In this document: one piece after another, positions 25,340 to 34,976 of the stretch | Numbering within the stretch: the stretch's first letter is position 1 | Layout: every line of letters starts with the position of its first letter | Assembly: GCA_963709585.1 (NCBI GenBank) | Contig: CAVPXI010000014.1 | Coordinates: 384,001 to 448,000 of the forward strand | DNA: 64,000 bases | Source of the DNA: Candidatus Dormiibacterota bacterium | GTDB taxonomy: Bacteria; Chloroflexota; Dormibacteria; Aeolococcales; Aeolococcaceae | Direction: 5' to 3' | The notes under the pieces: model-generated | Databases searched by the model: none | What the model saw: only the letters and a program-made list of their open reading frames with translations | Told to the model about the DNA's origin: nothing | Program-made: the position numbers and the translations under genes

Positions 25340-26644
25340 TCAGTCGCCGACTACGCCGGTGAGATCGCGCACCTCGGTGCCGGGCTCGTCGGTGGTGAGA
25401 CGCTCGATGTCGGCGCCCAGACCGGCGAGCTTCATCTCGAGGTCGTCGTAGCCGCGTTCGAGATGGAACACGTTGTCGAGCTCGGTGATGCCGGCGGCGC
25501 AGAGGCCCGCGATCACCAGCGCGGCGCCACTGCGGATGTCGGGGATGCTCATCCTCGTCCCGTGGAGTCGCGCGGGCCCGTTGATGACCGCGCTGCGACC
25601 GTCGATGGCGATGCGCGCGCCCATCTGCTGCAGGAAGGCGACGTGGCGAAAGCGGTTCTCGTACAACGCTTCGCTGATCACGCTCGGCCCGGTCGCCTGG
25701 GTCATGAGGGCGCAGAACTGAGGTTGCATGTCGGTGGCAAAACCCGGGTGCGGCCAGGTGGTCATGTCGACCCCACGCAGGTGTGAGCAGGTGACGCGCA
25801 CATGGTGCGCACCTTCGACGATGTCGCATCCCGCCGAGCGAAGTTTCATGAACAGCCAGCGCAGGTCGCTGGGTCGCATGTGCTCGACGACGACGTCGCC
25901 GTAGGTGGCGGCGGCCGCGATCATGTAGGTCCCGGCCTCGATGTAGTCGGCGGTGATGTTGTGCGTGGTCCCGTGCAACAGCCCGCCGCTGCCCTCGATC
26001 ACGATCAACTCGGTGCCCACTCCGGTGATGTGCGCACCCATGCCGATGAGGCAGCGAGCGAGGTCGTAGACGTGCGGCTCGCGCGCGGCGTTGCTGATCA
26101 CGGTGATGCCCTCGGCGAGCACCGCCGCCATCATCAGGTTCTCGGTCCCGGTCACGGTCGGCATGTCGAGCGAGATGCGCGCACCGTGGAGGCGGCGGGC
26201 GCGAGCCACGTACCCGCCCTCGTGCTCCTCCACCTCAGCGCCCATGAGGCGCAGTCCTTCGAGGTGCTGCTCCACCCGGCGCATCCCGATGTCGTCGCCT
26301 CCGGGCTTGGCGATGCTCGCCTCACCGGCGCGTGCCACGAGCGCGCCGAGAAGGAGGAACGAGCCACGCATCCTCCTGCTCAGGTTGGGATCGACCTCGG
26401 TGGTGCGCAGCGCGGCGGCGTGCAGACGCCAGGTGTGCGTGTCCGGATGCTCCACTCGCACGCCAACGTGCTCGAGCATCTGCGCCATGGTCGAGATGTC
26501 CTCGATGTCGGGGACGTTCCCCAACTCCACCTCCTGGTCGGTGAGCAGCGCCGCGGCCATGACCGGCAGGGAGGCGTTCTTGCTCCCCGAGATCGCGACG
26601 CTCCCTTCGAGCCGGCGCCCGCCTCGGATGCGAAGGAGTTCCAT
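25340..26644 (-). CDS. murA: UDP-N-acetylglucosamine 1-carboxyvinyltransferase
   Basis: [15 protein letters not shown] (Asp in place of Cys), [26 protein letters not shown]. Confidence 0.95.
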   Translation of the reverse strand: MELLRIRGGRRLEGSVAISGSKNASLPVMAAALLTDQEVELGNVPDIEDISTMAQMLEHVGVRVEHPDTHTWRLHAAALRTTEVDPNLSRRMRGSFLLLGALVARAGEASIAKPGGDDIGMRRVEQHLEGLRLMGAEVEEHEGGYVARARRLHGARISLDMPTVTGTENLMMAAVLAEGITVISNAAREPHVYDLARCLIGMGAHITGVGTELIVIEGSGGLLHGTTHNITADYIEAGTYMIAAAATYGDVVVEHMRPSDLRWLFMKLRSAGCDIVEGAHHVRVTCSHLRGVDMTTWPHPGFATDMQPQFCALMTQATGPSVISEALYENRFRHVAFLQQMGARIAIDGRSAVINGPARLHGTRMSIPDIRSGAALVIAGLCAAGITELDNVFHLERGYDDLEMKLAGLGADIERLTTDEPGTEVRDLTGVVGD

Positions 26645-26752
26645 CTCCGCCTACCGTACCCGACGGCCCCGCTGACCGGGTGGATACCGTGCCGACCGCG
26701 TAGATTAGAGAGTGGCATCGAGAGGGATCGCCAACACGCATCGGGAGACACC

Positions 26753-27830
26753 ATGGCAACCGCAACCCTTCCCGCCACCGAAACCGTGGAGCAGTTGCTC
26801 GGCGACGAGGCCTCGTCCCTGCTCGAGCACCAGTGCGAGACGGTGCCGAACACGATGCTGCATCTTCCGGGGCCGGATTTCGTCGACCGCATCTGGACCG
26901 GGACCGATCGCTCGAACCAGGTCCTCCGCAACCTGAGCAGCATCTACGCCCACGGCCGTCTGGGTGGCACCGGGTACGTCTCGATTCTCCCGGTGGACCA
27001 GGGCATCGAGCATTCCGCAGGGGCATCCTTTGCACCCAACCCCGAGTATTTCGACCCCGGAAAGATCGTCGAGCTCGCGGTCGAGGGGGGCTGCAACGCG
27101 GTGGCCTCGACCTTCGGCGTGCTCGGCGCGGTGTCGAGGCGGTGGGCACATCGCATCCCGTTCATCGTCAAGCTCAACCACAACGAGCTGCTCACCTACC
27201 CAAACGGCGCGGACCAGATCCTGTTCGGCACCGTCAAAGAAGCCTGGAATCTGGGAGCCGCCGCGGTCGGCGCCACCATCTACTTCGGCTCGGACGGGGC
27301 TGACCGGCAGATCGTGGAGATCTCGCGGATGTTCCACGAGGCGCACGAGCTCGGCATGGCCACGATCCTCTGGTGCTACCTCCGCAACCCGGCCTTCAAG
27401 AAGGACGGTGTCGACTACGCACTCGCAGCTGATCTCACCGGCCAGGCGAACCACCTCGGGGTCACCATCGAGGCCGACATCATCAAGCAAAAGCTGCCGA
27501 CCACCAACGGCGGATTCACGGCGCTGAAATTCGGCAGGACCGCGGATGCCGTCTACACGAAGTCTGACGTCTGATCATCCGATCGATCTCTGTCGCTACC
27601 AGGTGCTCAACTGCTACTCCGGACGGGTCGGGCTCATCAACTCCGGCGGCGAGTCCAACGGGGCGGCCGACCTGGCTGAAGCCGTGCGTACCGCCGTGAT
27701 CAACAAGAGGGCGGGCGGGACCGGGTTGATCACTGGTCGCAAGGCATTCCAGCGACCGATGCGCGACGGCGTGCATCTGCTCACCGCGGTTCAGGACGTC
27801 TACCTGAACCAGAAGGTCACGATCGCCTAG
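26753..27830 (+). CDS. fbaB: Class I fructose-bisphosphate aldolase (frameshift near 27560)
   Basis: [52 protein letters not shown] across two frames. Confidence 0.93.
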
Positions 27831-27844
27831 CCGCGCCGACGGAC

Positions 27845-28345
27845 GTGGATTACGACGAGATTCCCCGCACCGGCGACGAGCGCTCGACGCTGCTCGCCTT
27901 CCTCGAGTGGCAACGCGCCACGCTGGCCAGGAAGTGCGCGGGTCTGGAGCCGGATCAGTTGCGCATCCGGTCGGCGGAGCCGTCATCGCTGTCGCTGCTG
28001 GGGTTGGTGCGCCACATGGCGGACGTCGAGCGCGGCTGGTTCTGGCGCACGCTCGGGGGCGAGGACGTGCAAGACCGCTACTCGTCGGAGGACGACCGCG
28101 ACGGCGATTTCGACAATGTCGATACCGCGGACGTCGACGAAGCCTTCGCGAGCTGGCACGAGGAATGTGCGCGCGCCGACGACATCATCTCGCGGCGCGC
28201 GCTGGATGCTACGGGGCTGCAGAGGACCGGACGGGAAGTCTCGATGCGCTGGATCCTGGTGCACATGATCGACGAGTACTCGCGTCACAACGGCCACGCG
28301 GACCTGCTCCGCGAGAGGATCGACGGGGCCACCGGCTACGACTGA
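27845..28345 (+). CDS. DinB/DUF664 family protein
   Basis: FLEWQRATL, LGLVRHMADVE, HMIDEYSRHNGHADLLRE. Confidence 0.88.
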   Translation: MDYDEIPRTGDERSTLLAFLEWQRATLARKCAGLEPDQLRIRSAEPSSLSLLGLVRHMADVERGWFWRTLGGEDVQDRYSSEDDRDGDFDNVDTADVDEAFASWHEECARADDIISRRALDATGLQRTGREVSMRWILVHMIDEYSRHNGHADLLRERIDGATGYD

Positions 28346-28357
28346 GCCCGCGCAAAG

Positions 28358-28792
28358 TCAGCCCGCGATTCGCGCCGATTCCAGGAATGACGATGAGGCG
28401 GGATCGAGGTGGGCGAGCCCGGCAACGCGCGCAAAGGCTCGGTCAGCGGATGCAAGCGACCAGCCGCGCCTGCGTGCCGTCTCAGCGAGCACTGCATCGA
28501 ACGAACCCAAGGAGGTGATACGCCGGAACAGTTCGAGGCCGCCAAGAAGATCCTCGAGTTCCGGTTGCGCCAGGGGACTCAAACCAATCGCGTAGTTGCG
28601 CCCAAGCGCCGTCGCGTCGGCTCGCGTTCGGCGGAGTGCCCTGATGTGGGTGAACTCCTGGATCACTTCGAGGGTCGTGGTCGCTCGAACAGAACCCTCC
28701 GCGACCAATTCAAGGAGTTGCGCGCAGGGACTTCGCAGCGAATGGTTCACCCCAACCGCATAGACGAGGATCGTCGTGTCCAGCAGGATCAC
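28358..28792 (-). CDS. vapC: VapC PIN-domain toxin
   Basis: ILLDTTILVYA, EVIQEF, FDAVL, SADRAF. Confidence 0.9.
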   Translation of the reverse strand: MILLDTTILVYAVGVNHSLRSPCAQLLELVAEGSVRATTTLEVIQEFTHIRALRRTRADATALGRNYAIGLSPLAQPELEDLLGGLELFRRITSLGSFDAVLAETARRRGWSLASADRAFARVAGLAHLDPASSSFLESARIAG

Positions 28793-29043
28793 AGGGCACG
28801 TCTGGCCCTGATCGCGTCGCGCTCCCGACGCAGCACCCGAGGCGATGGCACCTCCATCAGCGGCGCCCGCAACACTGCACCGAGAGCCGCTCGCCGCTTT
28901 GCGGAGCTGCCGGGATAGCGGTCATCGATCGCCTCGCGCACGAGCGTGCTGACCGAGACACTCCGACGCTCAGCTTCGCGCTCGAGCCGCGCCCAGAGGC
29001 TTTGATCGATCAGAACCTGAAGGCGGCGATCCAACATGCTCAT
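28789..29043 (-). CDS. vapB: VapB-type ribbon-helix-helix antitoxin (start may be 29037)
   Basis: RRLQVLID...LEREAERRSVSVSTLVREAID; stop overlaps vapC start. Confidence 0.82.
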   Translation of the reverse strand: MSMLDRRLQVLIDQSLWARLEREAERRSVSVSTLVREAIDDRYPGSSAKRRAALGAVLRAPLMEVPSPRVLRRERDAIRARRAL

Positions 29044-29054
29044 ACATTAGCATG
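29035..29054. promoter_or_regulatory. Palindrome over vapB start, candidate autoregulatory operator
   Basis: CATGCT-N8-AGCATG. Confidence 0.5.
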
Positions 29055-29150
29055 TCGCCGCAAGAGCGGCCCGTGTGCAGGGTGGCGGCCGTTACTTCGG
29101 CCCACACCGACGAAGCGCTGGTGGCGCCTATTTCGCTCCGGTCACGGGAG

Positions 29151-29558
29151 TCAACAATCCACGCTCCTGCACCCATAGCGCCAGTTCGGCCCGAAGTCGA
29201 TGGTCAGCTTGTTGTATATGTGCTGAACGTGGTTGTCGATGGTGCGTTCCGAGTTGAACAGCCGGCTTGCGATCTCCTTGTTGGTCTTGCCCTGGGCAAC
29301 CAGGATTGCCACCTCGACCTCCTTCCGGGTCAGCGGGTAGACCCCCGGACGTCCCGGTTCTGCATCCGTTGCCGGGAGCTGAACCGCTGCCGGCGGACGC
29401 GCGTGCAACAGTCGCGGCGACAGCTCACCGAACAACAGGACCGCCCCGCCTGCGAGCAACGCAAGTGACCAAGCCACGCCCAGCGCGAGGTTTGCCAGCA
29501 CCGTCACCGCTGCGATTGCGGGGACGGCGACGCGGCCAAGCGCCGGAGGGGACGACAT
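29151..29558 (-). CDS. Membrane-anchored LuxR-type HTH protein (probable frameshift near 29195)
   Basis: Hydrophobic N-terminus then LTRKEVEVAILVAQGKTNKEIASRLFNSERTIDNHVQHIYNKL; alternative frame continues RAELALWV. Confidence 0.8.
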   Translation of the reverse strand: MSSPPALGRVAVPAIAAVTVLANLALGVAWSLALLAGGAVLLFGELSPRLLHARPPAAVQLPATDAEPGRPGVYPLTRKEVEVAILVAQGKTNKEIASRLFNSERTIDNHVQHIYNKLTIDFGPNWRYGCRSVDC

Positions 29559-31276
29559 CAGAAGTTGGAGATGGCGTCGTTGAGGAAATGGCTCGCCGCC
29601 CCAGGTTCATAGAACGTCCCGTCGGCGACGAGCGCAATCGTTCTCAATAGGTCGCTGGTCGGGCCGACTGTGAACACCCGCACAAGCGGCGCCTCTGTCG
29701 CCAGGAATCCCGTGTCCGCCGCTTGTCTCCCAGGGGAGAGTTCGAGCACAACCACAGCATTGATCGCAGTCGGGTCGTAATTCGCGATCATCTGTGTCAC
29801 CGCATCATCGAGCGCGCTTGCAAGGTCAGAAGAACCCTTCACCGGTTTGACGCCGGCGAGCGTGGCACCCAGCGATCCCGCGTTCCCGGTAACGTCGCGC
29901 AGCACGGTGTGCGATGCCGGCTGACCTCCGGACGAGGGGAATGTCCAGACGCCAACCTTGTCCTGGAGTTCGAAACCCGAGGCGGCGCCGGCCAGGTTTC
30001 TGGTCGCATCGGTGAGTGTGCCGGGGGCGACTGCGGCATCGATCAGGATCAGTACGCGCGCCGCCTTTCGCACCCGTTCCCAGCCTTCGATCATGGTCCG
30101 CAGAACATCGCCGTCAGGCGGCTGCAAGGTCACCAGCGCAGGGAGCTGAGCGTATGGGTAAACCAACCTGTTCAGCGCTGCGGTGGGAGCGTAATCGACT
30201 CTGAAATGACGCGCCTCAATCGTGTTCGTCTGTTGCCCGATAAAATTCTCGAAATCGCGCGCTGCCGCCTTCTGTCCTTCGGTCGACCAGCCCAGGACGA
30301 CATAGGGATGGTCGGCGACGGGAGTGCCCCCGGACGGATAGATGGCGACCAGCTTGACGCGCGGCGGGGAGTGCTGGATTCCGGCCACGAGACCGGCGTT
30401 GTAATCGGCGAGCTCCTGCTCCTCGACTGCGATGGCTGAGATATAGCGGAGCGGGGCATCCCCTCCTTGATCGTCCTTGTAGCGCAAGTTCTGAAGGAAG
30501 TCGGTGGCGGTCTGTCCGTAGTGGACGACGCTCGCCTCGATCTCGCGGACGAAGGCCTCGACGGGGGCCGATGTGACCGTGGGGACTGTCAGGGCGCCGC
30601 CTCCCGGAGCAGCGTAGTACGCCCCGATCAGGGCATGAAGGCCGGACGTGGAGATCGTCGGGTTGGTCTTGCCCAGCTTGAACTTGCCCCACAGCGGACG
30701 ACCATAACGGGCCCAGCCCTGGGGGTCCTGCGCCAGCTTGAGAATGAGCGCCCAGCCGATCGGCGTTGTCGGGTAGCCGAGCAGGGTTGCCATCGGCGCT
30801 GGCATCCCGATGACGAGTGGTGACTGGAACAGGCTCTCCCTCTCCCAGCCGGCCGGAAGGAGTCGCGCAGCAACCGCGGGCGCCTGCGCAGTGAGCAGCT
30901 TGACCCAGGCCGAACTGGCGGGTGACCAGACCTCAGGTCGCGTCGACCCGGCCCAACCGTTCGCCAGGGTCAGCTCGGCGTCACCTGAGTCGACTTTCTC
31001 GACGCTCACGGTCACGCAGCGTCCGCCTACCTGCGGCCGCTCAGCGTCGTAGGAAACGGCGAAGCCCTGCAGCATGCTCGCCTTCTCCTGGGAGGAGGCG
31101 ATCAACACCTGCTCGCACGCCTCGGCCGTCCCGGTGAGCCTGGTCGCGGCGGCGAGTCCGCCGGTGATCAGGACGGCGAAGACCAGCGTGGCGGCGAGCT
31201 GCCGACGGGTCGACGCCCAAGCGTTCACCGGCTCGGAGTCTACAGCCCTGGCAAACACCCAAACCCAAATGAGCAC
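29558..31276 (-). CDS. Extracellular solute-binding domain + degenerate vWA domain protein
   Basis: WSPASSAW, SPLVIGMP, KTNPTISTSG, EEQ, ADHPY; C-terminal VLILID...INAVVVL; start uncertain. Confidence 0.72.
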   Translation of the reverse strand: MLIWVWVFARAVDSEPVNAWASTRRQLAATLVFAVLITGGLAAATRLTGTAEACEQVLIASSQEKASMLQGFAVSYDAERPQVGGRCVTVSVEKVDSGDAELTLANGWAGSTRPEVWSPASSAWVKLLTAQAPAVAARLLPAGWERESLFQSPLVIGMPAPMATLLGYPTTPIGWALILKLAQDPQGWARYGRPLWGKFKLGKTNPTISTSGLHALIGAYYAAPGGGALTVPTVTSAPVEAFVREIEASVVHYGQTATDFLQNLRYKDDQGGDAPLRYISAIAVEEQELADYNAGLVAGIQHSPPRVKLVAIYPSGGTPVADHPYVVLGWSTEGQKAAARDFENFIGQQTNTIEARHFRVDYAPTAALNRLVYPYAQLPALVTLQPPDGDVLRTMIEGWERVRKAARVLILIDAAVAPGTLTDATRNLAGAASGFELQDKVGVWTFPSSGGQPASHTVLRDVTGNAGSLGATLAGVKPVKGSSDLASALDDAVTQMIANYDPTAINAVVVLELSPGRQAADTGFLATEAPLVRVFTVGPTSDLLRTIALVADGTFYEPGAASHFLNDAISNF

Positions 31277-31281
31277 CGGAA

Positions 31282-32307
31282 ATGAGTACCCGAGTGAGCC
31301 TTTCCCCCGATGGCGACATCAACGCACGCGCCATAGAGTTCACGCTCATGCAGCCACCCGCACCACCCCTTCCGCCGGCTCCGACGCCGCCCGCGTTCCC
31401 GGCAACGCTCCCCGCCAGGCGGAGCCGCCGCCGCTGGTGGCTCTTCGGTTGTGGAGGGTGCGGCGCGATCGCGCTGATCGTCGTTCTCGTGGTCGTGGTT
31501 GTGCTTATCAAGGGCTTCAGCAACAGCCCGTTGCGCCAATTCCCCACCGAGGCGGGCGCGTCAACCGTGTCCGACAACTTCCTTGTTGGCACGGGAGGGC
31601 AGAGCAGCGAGACACTCGTAATCGACGACCCTCATTCACTGACGGATGTGGAGACGTTCTACGAGAGTGCGCTGGGCACCAATGGATGGACGGTCCAGGC
31701 CACCGACCCTTCTCAGGCGGTGAGCGGCGACAGCTGGCAGTTCAGCCGGACCGGGTCATCAGCGCAATTCGGGGTCACCTTTGTGACCATGGGCGCGATC
31801 ACCGAGATCACCGTCCAGTATGCAACGGGCGCCCCGGCGTCATCTCCGACCCCGACGTCGCAACGTGTGGATTCATCCGTGACAGCGCTCATGCTGACCG
31901 CCTCTGAGGTTTCGGGCGCCGTCAGTGGCGCGCTGCCCCTCAGCCAGTTCACCGACGCGGAAATCGGCGGACAGGCCGGAACAGACATGCGCTCCTTCAT
32001 GGCAAGTGATGGCACGGTGAGCATCGTGATCGCGCTGGTTGTCGATGGCAGCCGTGCAGCAGCCGCCACTGATTATCCAAACTTTGTGAGCGCCGCCTGC
32101 CCACCGGGGGGCCAGACCACGTCAAGTCACCCAACGATTGGAAGTGCGAGCAAAGCCGACGAGTTCGCGTGCGTCACTGGTGGGGACATTCAGGTCGCAT
32201 TCACCCAAGGCGTCATGATGTGCGGGGTCTCGTCGGCTTCGACGGGTGTTACGGAGGCTCTCGCAAGGGCCGAATCCGCGAAGCTCACTCAATTGACTGG
32301 CGTGTAG
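31282..32307 (+). CDS. Pro-rich single-pass membrane protein, unknown function
   Basis: Pro-rich N-terminus, RRRWWLFGCGGCG + TM helix, Ser/Thr-rich extracellular part. Confidence 0.7.
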   Translation: MSTRVSLSPDGDINARAIEFTLMQPPAPPLPPAPTPPAFPATLPARRSRRRWWLFGCGGCGAIALIVVLVVVVVLIKGFSNSPLRQFPTEAGASTVSDNFLVGTGGQSSETLVIDDPHSLTDVETFYESALGTNGWTVQATDPSQAVSGDSWQFSRTGSSAQFGVTFVTMGAITEITVQYATGAPASSPTPTSQRVDSSVTALMLTASEVSGAVSGALPLSQFTDAEIGGQAGTDMRSFMASDGTVSIVIALVVDGSRAAAATDYPNFVSAACPPGGQTTSSHPTIGSASKADEFACVTGGDIQVAFTQGVMMCGVSSASTGVTEALARAESAKLTQLTGV

Positions 32308-32623
32308 CAGGCCGTCGAGTCCAAGCAACCGCACGGGCGATTGGTGACTTAGCTTCGCGCAAGACGCAAGGTCCGTTACGCGTTTCGAGACTACATTCGC
32401 ACCACGCGTTCAAACCGTAGAGCCACGACCATCTCGGTCGGCTGTCAGGCCTACGGGCAGCCACCAGCCGCGCCGGTGATCGAGGAGCGGAGAGCTAACG
32501 CAATCGGGCTGCGGCGACGAATTGAGCACCAAATATGAGCATCGCGTGAGCCTTTTCCCGGATGTCGCAGCGGTGCCTCCCGTCGGATGCTTGCGCCATC
32601 TCACCGAGTACAGGAGGTAACAG

Positions 32624-33382
32624 ATGGCGATCGAGACTCGAGCAGCTGATTTGCTCTCTTCGGTAGAGCTGAGTCCACTTGAGGCTGCCTACCTCGCCGA
32701 TGGAGTCCCCAGGGCGATTGGCGCCACCCTGGCCGGCCTCACACACATGGGGTTGATCGAGTTCCGGAGCGACCGAAAGGTGGTTGCTTTGAAGCCGGCG
32801 CCGAGCAGTTTGGAGGATCCGATTCAACTTTCGGTGATCGACTTCGTGTCAAAGTCGAAGAACCCGAACTCGGTTGAGGACATTCGAAAACATGCCGAGC
32901 CGGCCACGGAGCCGGTGCGCGATGCTCTCCAAGCTTCGGGCTTGCTCCTGAATGAGCGGGCCCGCTTGACCGGCGGATTGGCGATCGGCAGCGGGGGCCT
33001 CACGGCCTCCATCCTATTACTGAGTGCGGCGGGCGGTGGCATCTCCCTGAACTCAGTGTTTTGGGGATTGTTCGTGACGCTCGTCGCGACCCTTTACCTC
33101 GTCAAACTGCGACGCCGCACCCAACGTGGAAACGCCGTCTTGAAGCGCCTGCAGGAGGAGCACCTGGCCCTCAAGGAAACGACGCAGCACGCCCCGGCGC
33201 TGCTGACGCCGACGGATCTGGCGCTGGCCGTGGCCATCTACGGGCCGGCGATCCTCGAAGGCGGTCCGCTCAACGACATTGGCCACGCACTCAAGCGCGA
33301 GAGAAACAACCGCGGTGCCTGCGGTGGATGTGGCGGCTGCGGCGGCTGTGGCGGATGTGGCGGATGTGGCGGGTGCGCATGA
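32624..33382 (+). CDS. TIGR04222-like membrane protein with C-terminal (CGG)6C tail
   Basis: LSPLEAAYLADG, two TM helices, RRTQRG, ALAVAIYG, ends ACGGCGGCGGCGGCGGCGGCA; AGGAGG RBS. Confidence 0.85.
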   Translation: MAIETRAADLLSSVELSPLEAAYLADGVPRAIGATLAGLTHMGLIEFRSDRKVVALKPAPSSLEDPIQLSVIDFVSKSKNPNSVEDIRKHAEPATEPVRDALQASGLLLNERARLTGGLAIGSGGLTASILLLSAAGGGISLNSVFWGLFVTLVATLYLVKLRRRTQRGNAVLKRLQEEHLALKETTQHAPALLTPTDLALAVAIYGPAILEGGPLNDIGHALKRERNNRGACGGCGGCGGCGGCGGCGGCA

Positions 33383-34212
33383 TGCCGCCGCTCGGTCTGG
33401 GAATCGGCTGGCGACCTGAACTGGCGCTCGCAATCGAGCGGCGTGAGGCGCTCGGCTTTGTCGAAGTGACGGCGGAGAACATCAGGCTCGACGACATCCC
33501 GCCGGCGCTGGCGCGGATGGTCGCGCGGGGGGTGCCAGTCATCGTGCACGGCCTCAGCCTTTCGCTTGGAGGAGCCGAGCAGCCGGATGCGCGGCGGCTC
33601 GACCACCTGGTCCGCGTGTCCCAGCGATTGGGCGCCAGCCTCGTCAGCGAGCATCTGGCATGCGTGCGGGCGGAAGGCCTGGAAGCGGGACACCTGCTTC
33701 CCGTCCCGCGAACTCGCGAGGCGCTGGAGGTCATCGTCGAAAACGTGGCCTGGACCAAGAGAATGCTGCCGTTCCCGCTGGCGTTAGAAAACATCGCCAC
33801 GCTGGTGGAGTGGCCGGGAGCGGCGATGGATGAAGCGTCGTTCCTGGCCGAGCTACTCAACCGAACGGACACAGCGCTGCTCTTCGATGTTTCCAACATG
33901 TACGCGAACGCGCGCAACGGCGGGTGGGATCCGGTAGTGGCCCTGGGCCGGCTTCCGCTCGGCCGTTTGGCCTACGTTCACGTGGCCGGCGGCACGCTGC
34001 GCGGCGATCTGTATCACGACACTCATGCGCACCCCGTGGGACCGGGCCCGCTGGCCTTGCTCGAAGAGCTCTGTTCGCGGATTGCGCCTCCCGGGGTCAT
34101 GCTGGAACGTGACGACGACTTTCCGCGAGAGTCGGAGCTGGAGGCTGAGCTGGAAGCCATTCGGATGGCCATCGCGCGCGGGGCCGCGCGGCGCATGGGC
34201 AACGCGAACTGA
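33379..34212 (+). CDS. DUF692 multinuclear non-heme iron-dependent oxidative enzyme (MNIO)
   Basis: GLGIGWRPE, EVTAEN, HGLSLSLG, SEHL, ENI, DVSN, HVAGG, DTH, LERD; ATGA overlap with upstream gene. Confidence 0.92.
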   Translation: MMPPLGLGIGWRPELALAIERREALGFVEVTAENIRLDDIPPALARMVARGVPVIVHGLSLSLGGAEQPDARRLDHLVRVSQRLGASLVSEHLACVRAEGLEAGHLLPVPRTREALEVIVENVAWTKRMLPFPLALENIATLVEWPGAAMDEASFLAELLNRTDTALLFDVSNMYANARNGGWDPVVALGRLPLGRLAYVHVAGGTLRGDLYHDTHAHPVGPGPLALLEELCSRIAPPGVMLERDDDFPRESELEAELEAIRMAIARGAARRMGNAN

Positions 34213-34214
34213 TC

Positions 34215-34730
34215 ATGGACACGGCACGCCACCGTTTGGCTGCAATGGAAGCGCAATTCATCCGCTCCCTCTCGACCGGTGGGCCCTACTCCGCCGGCTC
34301 GGATCTCCGCGGGATGCGGGCAACATCCCAGCTCCTCCGGGCGAAGCGCGTGCGCACCATGGCGAGAGCCTGGCCGGAGCTGGCGGGCGTCCTCGGTAAC
34401 GGCCTTGCAGAGCGAGCGACCGACGCGTTGGCCGGCACACCACTTCCTCCCGGTGACCATGCGGTGCAGGACGGACTGATCGTTGCGCGTCATCTCGAGG
34501 CAGCGGGACCTATTCCCGACAGCCTGAAGCTGCGGATGCTCGGCGTGAGACTGCGTTACCACAGGAAACGAGGCCTGCTGGTTCAGTGGCCGCGCCCGGC
34601 ACTGGGATTCGCCTACCTTCGTCAGTCGGGACGCTTGATCTGCGCGCTCCGAGTTCCTGGATTACCGTTGCTGAGTATCTCCATCAGGGTCAGGTCGTCG
34701 CCCAGAGTGACGTCAGCTGACGTGGTGTAA
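34215..34730 (+). CDS. MNIO-associated partner protein (SCO6045-like)
   Basis: RLAAMEAQFIRSL, LRAKRVR..ARAWPELA..LG, DG; position directly after DUF692. Confidence 0.65.
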   Translation: MDTARHRLAAMEAQFIRSLSTGGPYSAGSDLRGMRATSQLLRAKRVRTMARAWPELAGVLGNGLAERATDALAGTPLPPGDHAVQDGLIVARHLEAAGPIPDSLKLRMLGVRLRYHRKRGLLVQWPRPALGFAYLRQSGRLICALRVPGLPLLSISIRVRSSPRVTSADVV

Positions 34731-34949
34731 ATCCGGGGCTCGCTCGGCTACTCCACCGATGACGACCCGGACGGCAAGGGCCACGCGGATGTGCCTCGCG
34801 AGAGGATCGACCTGGCCACCGATCGGGAGACTTGACGGCCGGGGCGGTGCAGCCGGCGGTCGTGGGATCCCGGGCCCGTGCCACGCCTGCAATGTTATTG
34901 CCGGAAGTGGCTAAAACTTATACCGGGATGACATTTGTCCGTGCTGTGG

Positions 34950-34970
34950 CGAACAGGTGTTTGGTACAAT
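34950..34970 (+). promoter_or_regulatory. LexA (SOS) box overlapping extended -10 promoter; leaderless start
   Basis: CGAAC-AGGT-GTTTG (34950-34963) then TGnTACAAT, ATG 6 nt later at 34977. Confidence 0.7.
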
Positions 34971-34976
34971 GTAGCA

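Noticed and set aside
33320-33376. Trinucleotide microsatellite expansion
   Set aside because: Synonymous codons vary (TGC/TGT, GGC/GGA/GGT/GGG), so the repeat is at protein level
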